Origin: Malacoraja senta
Taxonomy: Eukaryota
DNA length: 64,000 nucleotides
Direction of reading: 5' to 3'
Assembly: GCA_038087875.1 (NCBI GenBank)
Contig: CM075999.1
Location: 2,482,001 to 2,546,000 of the forward strand
Part shown: one piece after another, positions 58,985 through 64,000 of the stretch
Layout: each line of letters starts with the position of its first letter
Position numbering within the stretch: the first letter of the stretch is position 1
The notes under the pieces: generated by a model
Seen by the model: only the letters and a program-made list of their open reading frames with translations
Told to the model about the DNA's origin: nothing
Database searches by the model: none
Program-made: the position numbers and the translations under genes

Positions 58985-59305
58985 AAAGATAGACACAAAA
59001 AGCTGGAATAACTCAGCGGGACAGGGAGCATCTCTGGAGAGATTGGATGACGTTTCGGGTCGAGACCTTGCTTTAGACTGAAGAAGGATCTCGACCCGAA
59101 ACGTCGCCCATTCCCCTCTCTCACAGGGACACTGCCTCACCGCTGAGTTACTCCAGCATTTTGTGTCTACCTTCGATTTAAACCAGATACTGCAGTGGTG
59201 CTTAAGAGACCTTTGCATAGACGCCAAATGCTGGCGTAACTCCTGCGGACAGGCAGCATCTCTGGAGAGAAGGAATGGGTGACGTTTCGGATCGAGACCC
59301 TTCTT
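58985..59305. mobile_element. PLE subfamily-A units (fold-back 58985-59195 plus antisense arm)
   Basis: Inverted arms meeting at AGACTGAAGAAGG. Confidence 0.8.
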
Positions 59306-59929
59306 TGGATCGGCATGCGGATATACAGGCAATGGAGGGACATTGATAATGTGCAAGAGGACAAGAGATGGTCTTGGCATCATCTTCAGCAGTGGACAGT
59401 GTGGGCCGAAGGGCCTGTTTTTGTGCTGTACTGTGTTGGAAGGAACTGCAGATGCTGGTTTAAACCGCAGATAGACACAAAAAGCTGGAGTAACTCAGCG
59501 TGACAGGCAGCATCTCTGGGAGAAGGAAGGGGTGACGTTTCAGCAATAGTTCTTCATATTGGCTGCTGCGTTTGCCTGCTTAGAAATAGGCAGAAGTTCA
59601 GAGATAATTAATTGGCTGGTGGTATAACTGGCGATATTCTGGCATCACAATCGCCTACCCGCATGAATGGCCACCTTCTGTGTTGCAAATGTCCATGGCT
59701 TATTGTTGCAAGGATGTAACCAGACTGTGTGGACAGAGCCAGGGAATGGGACTAATTAGATAGTCTTAAAATACTGAGCACAAACAACAGCCTCCTGCTG
59801 TTTTATCTCATTCTGTCTGGCCCGACATGAATGGTGACCTTGTTTTATTTTCTTGGGCATTTGTTTGGCTGACTAATTTAATGAAAACCATTAACCTCTT
59901 TTATGTTTATGGAGAAATCCATTCACTAA

Positions 59930-60243
59930 TGCAGCACGGTGGCGCAGGGTTAGACGTTGCTGCCTCACAGCGCCAGAGACCCGGGTTCCATCCTCAGCTA
60001 CGGGTGCTGTATGTACGGAGTTTGTACGTTCTCGCCCGTGACCTGCGTGGGTTTTCTCCGGGTGCTCTGTCTCATCCCACACTCCAAAGACGTGCAGGTT
60101 TGCAGGATAACTGGCTTCGGAGAAAGTTGTAAAATGTCCCTAAGTGTGTGTAGGATAGTGTTAGTGTGCGGGGATCACTGGTCGGCGCGGACTCGGTGGG
60201 CCGAAGGGCCCGTTTCCGCGCTGTATATCTGAACTAAGACTAA
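59930..60243 (+). mobile_element. V-SINE
   Basis: SINE motifs. Confidence 0.85.
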
Positions 60244-60385
60244 AATAGTCAAGAAACGATGGCATCATCCATTGAACCAATTGCGGTTGTCGACACCAAT
60301 TTCTCCACTAATATTTTTCAATCAAAGCATTTGCTTGGCATTGATTTTGACCGATCATAAATCCCCTGGAAATCCTCTTGACGTA

Positions 60386-60880
60386 GGGCGGCACGCTGGT
60401 TCAGCGGTAGAGTTGCTGCCTTACAGAGGGCTGTGGGGGACAAGTTAGTGGATATCTTTAACATAGAGGTAGATGGATTCTGGATTGGTATGGGTGTCGG
60501 GGGTTATGGGGAGAAGGCAGGAGAACGGGTTTAGGAGGGAGAGATGGATAGGCCTTGATTGAATGATGGGCCGATTGCCTAACTTCTGCTCCTATCGCTT
60601 ATGAACTTATGAACTTACAACGCCAGAGCGACCCAGGCTCGATGCTGTTCTATACGGAGTTTTGTACGTTCTCTCCCCGTCACCTGCGTGGGTTTTCTCC
60701 GGGTGCTCCGGTTTCCTCCCACACTCCGAATACGCGCAGGTTTTGTAGGTCAATTGGCTCTGTGAAATTTGTCCCTAGGGTGTGGGGATAGCTCTAGTGC
60801 ACGGGGATCGCTGGTCAGCGCAGGCACGGTGGGCCGAAGGGCCTGTTTCCGTGCTGTATCTGTAAACTCAACTAAAGTAA
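60386..60880 (+). mobile_element. V-SINE with nested CR1 3' end (~60426-60615)
   Basis: CTTACA on both sides of the CR1 piece. Confidence 0.8.
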
Positions 60881-61297
60881 ACATTTGCAGATGGAGCGTT
60901 TGTTTGTCAGGGGGTGCATGGGGGAATAGACGTGACTTCAACGCTGACAGTCCCAACGCTCACGCATCAGATGAATAATTCAACAGCTCATCTGGATGCA
61001 TCGGAATCCAAATTGGATCAAATTCAGAAGTTGTTTCCAGATAAACCACCAAGGTCCAATTAAACTAGTTGAAGTCCTGGGCAGTACTAAGCGATGAGAG
61101 CAGGGCTTCGTGAAATATTGTCAACCCAGAGATTCCATTGAAGCTTGTTTATAAATATACATAATGAACGCAGTTACCTTCAGGACATCTTTCGACAAGG
61201 CAAAGAATATGTCTCTCTCACGCTCGTTGTTCCGACTCGTTTCACAGCCATCCTGCTTAGTTGCCCTCTTCCTATCTCCTCGTTATCACATTTTCCA

Positions 61298-61930
61298 CAG
61301 TCATAGAGTGATACAGTATGGAAACAGGCCCTTCGGCCCAACTTGCCCACACCGGCCAACATGTCCCAGCTACACTAGTCCCATCTGACTACGTTTCGTC
61401 CATATCCCTCCAAACCTGTCCTATCCATGCACCTGTCTAAATGTTTCTTCAACGTTGGGATAGTCCCAGCCTCAACTACCTCCTCTGGCAGCTCGTTCCA
61501 TACACCCACCTCCCTTTGAGTGAAAAAGTTACCCATCACATTCCTATTAAATCTTTTCCCCTTCACCCTTGAACCTCTGTCCTCTGGTCCTCGATTCCCC
61601 TACTCTGGGCAAGAGACTCTGTGCATCTCCTGATCTATTCCTCTCATGATTTTATACACCTCTATCAGATTACCACTCATCCTCCTGCGCTCCAAGGAAT
61701 GGAGTCCCAGCCTGCTCAACCTCTCCCGATAGCCCAGACCCTCTAGTCCTGGCAACATCCATGTAAATCTTCTCTGTACCCTTTCCAGCTTAACAACATC
61801 TTTCCTGTAAAATGGTGCCCAGAACTGAACCCAATACTCTAAATGCAGCCTCACCAACGTCTTATACAACTGCAACATAACCTCCCAACTTCTATACTCA
61901 ATACTTTGACTGATGAAGCCCAATGTGCCA
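61298..61930 (-). mobile_element. CR1 LINE 3' fragment
   Basis: GFISQSIEYRSWEVMLQLYKTLVRLHLEYWVQFWAP...LERVQRRFT. Confidence 0.9.
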
Positions 61931-62198
61931 ACAATGGGACCATTGTGGCTCCACCTTTCCATGCTCATTGTTGGCTGGCTTTGATTTTGTTGTTTTCATA
62001 CCTTTCACTCATTTGTTCTTTCATAAATTCACAGGGTTCTAGGCCATTCGGCCCATCAAGTCTACTCTGCCATTCAAACATGGCTGATCTATCTTTCCCT
62101 CTCAACCCCATTCTCCTGCCTTCTCCCCATAACCCCTGACACCCGCACTAATCAAGAATCTATCTATCCCTGCTTTAAAAATATCCACTGACTTGGCC

Positions 62199-62885
62199 TT
62201 AGAAAGTAAGCATGCAGGTACAGCAGGCAGTGAAGAAAGCGAATGGCATGTTGGCCTTTATAACAAGAGGAATCGAATATAGGAGCAAAGAGGTCCTTCT
62301 GCAGTTGTACAGAGCCCACACCTGGAGTATTGTGTGCAGTTTTTGGGTCCCCTAATTTTGAGGAAGGCCATTCTTGCTATTGAGGGAGTGCAGCGTAGGT
62401 TTACAAGGTTAATTCCCGGGATGGCGGGACTGTCATATGCTGAGAGAATGGAGCAGCTGGGCTTGTACACTCTGGAGTTTAGAAGGATGAGAGGGCATCT
62501 CATTGAAACATATAAGATTGTTAAGGGCTTTGACACTAGAGGCAGGAAACAATGTTCCCCGATGTTGGGGGAGTCCAGAACCAGGGGCCACAGTTTAAGA
62601 ATAAGGAGTAAGCCATTTAGAATGGAGATGAGGAAACACTTTTCTCACAGAGAGTGGTGAGTCTGTGGAATTCTCTGCCTCAGAGGGCGGTGGAGGCAGG
62701 TTCTCTGGATGCTTTCAGGAGAGAGCTAGATAGCGCTCTTAAAAATAGCGGAGTCAGGGGATATGGGGAGAAGGCAGGAATGGGGGTACTGATTGGGGAT
62801 GTTCAGCCATGATCACATTGAATGGCGGTGCTGGCTTGAAGGGCCGAATGGGCCTACTCCTGCACCTATTGTCTATTGTCTATTG
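62199..62885 (+). mobile_element. CR1 LINE fragment nested in an opposite-strand CR1 (62040-63060)
   Basis: QVQQAVKKANGMLAFITRGIEYRSKEVLLQLY...GYGEKAG. Confidence 0.9.
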
Positions 62886-63473
62886 CCTCCACCACCATCT
62901 GTGGCAATGAATTCCACAGATTCACCACCCTCTGAATAATAAATTCCTTTTCATCTCCTTTATAAAGGTACGTCCTTTTATTCTGAGGCTGTGCCCTCTG
63001 GTCCTAGACTCTCCCACTGGTGGAAAACATCCTCTCCACATCCACTCTATCCAGGCCTTTGTACCTTTCCATACCTCTAGTTTCTCTCTCCCCCTGACTC
63101 TCAGTCTGGTGAAGGGGTCTCGACCCGAAACGTCACCCATTCCTTCTCTTCAGAGATGCTGCCAGACCCGCTGAGTTGCTCCAGCACTCTGTGTCTTTTT
63201 TAATCAGATCATTTACCCCAACTGGTTTATGCAGGCGTTATTGCTCCACAAAGACTCCCCTTCACCCAATCTCATTGAGCTTTGTGTAATACTTTAACAG
63301 AACAGTACAGAGCAGGAACAGGTACTTTGGCCCGTAATGGTCTGTGCCACACATGCTGGCAAGGTTAAAACTAATCCCTTCTTCCCATTACCCACGAGGC
63401 AGGCACTGATTACACACCACTAATTACTTAGAGATAATGATGGGATTTCATCTGCAATTGCTGCACTTTATAA

Positions 63474-64000
63474 AATAGACAATAGACAATAGGTGCAGGA
63501 GTAGGCCATTCGGCCCTTCGAGCCAGCACCGCCATTCAACGTGATCATGGCTGATCATCCCCAATCAGTACCCCGTTCCTGCCTACTCCCCATATCCCCT
63601 GACTACGATATCTTTAAGAGCCTTATCTAGCTCTTTAAGAGCCCTATCTAGCTTTTTATTAAAAGGACGTTCTTTTAGGAAGGAGATGAGGAGGAATAGC
63701 TTTAGTCAGAGGGTGGTGAATCTGTGGAATTCTTTGCCACAGAAGACCAAGTCAGTGGAGAGTTTGTAAGGCAGAGATAGATTCTTGATTAGTGCGGGTG
63801 TCTGGGGTTATGGGGAGAAGGCAGGAGAATGGGGTTAGGAGGGAGAGATGGATCAGCCGTGATTGAATGGCGGAGTAGACTTGATGGGCCGAATGGCGCA
63901 GCTGTAGAATTGCTACCTTCCAGCGCCAAGACCCGGGTTCGATCCTGACTACGGGTGCTGTCTGTACGGAGTTTGTACGTTCTCCCCGTGACCTGCGTGG
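63474..64000. mobile_element. CR1 3' ends (63474-63655 minus, 63655-63897 plus) and V-SINE head running off the window
   Basis: CR1 3' UTR motifs; B box and V-core at 63935-64000. Confidence 0.8.

Overview
Vertebrate non-coding DNA, most likely from a cartilaginous fish (shark/skate/ray, inferred from HE1-like V-SINEs and CR1 LINE tails). It is a dense mosaic of nested, 5'-truncated retroelements, and no host protein-coding gene could be confidently identified. Nearly all ORFs in the track are repeat-derived. Components: (i) many CR1-type LINE 3' fragments of at least four tail types; (ii) roughly 25-30 tRNA-derived V-SINE copies; (iii) Rex1/Babar-like LINE 3' ends; (iv) one Tx1/L1-like 3' end and one polyadenylated retrocopy; (v) five PIF/Harbinger-type MITEs; (vi) two GC-rich non-autonomous elements sharing covarying hairpins; (vii) dozens of Penelope-like element (PLE) 3' ends of two subfamilies (A, B). 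Each PLE 3' end carries a minimal type-I hammerhead ribozyme motif (CTGAAGA-A-stemII-GAAACGT[C/T]). The most striking system is the PLE-hammerhead unit. It inserts as short, often fold-back elements with 11-16 bp target-site duplications (TSDs), and its breakpoints cluster at the ribozyme. In four independent subfamily-B insertions the 3' half of the ribozyme is amplified into 34-38 bp tandem arrays. There are also duplicated composite repeat junctions 10-32 kb apart, a locally templated LINE 5' junction, a ~265 bp palindrome with divergent CTCF-like motifs, and an E-box cluster. Coordinates were read by eye; element ends without a stated TSD are approximate (about +/-10 bp).
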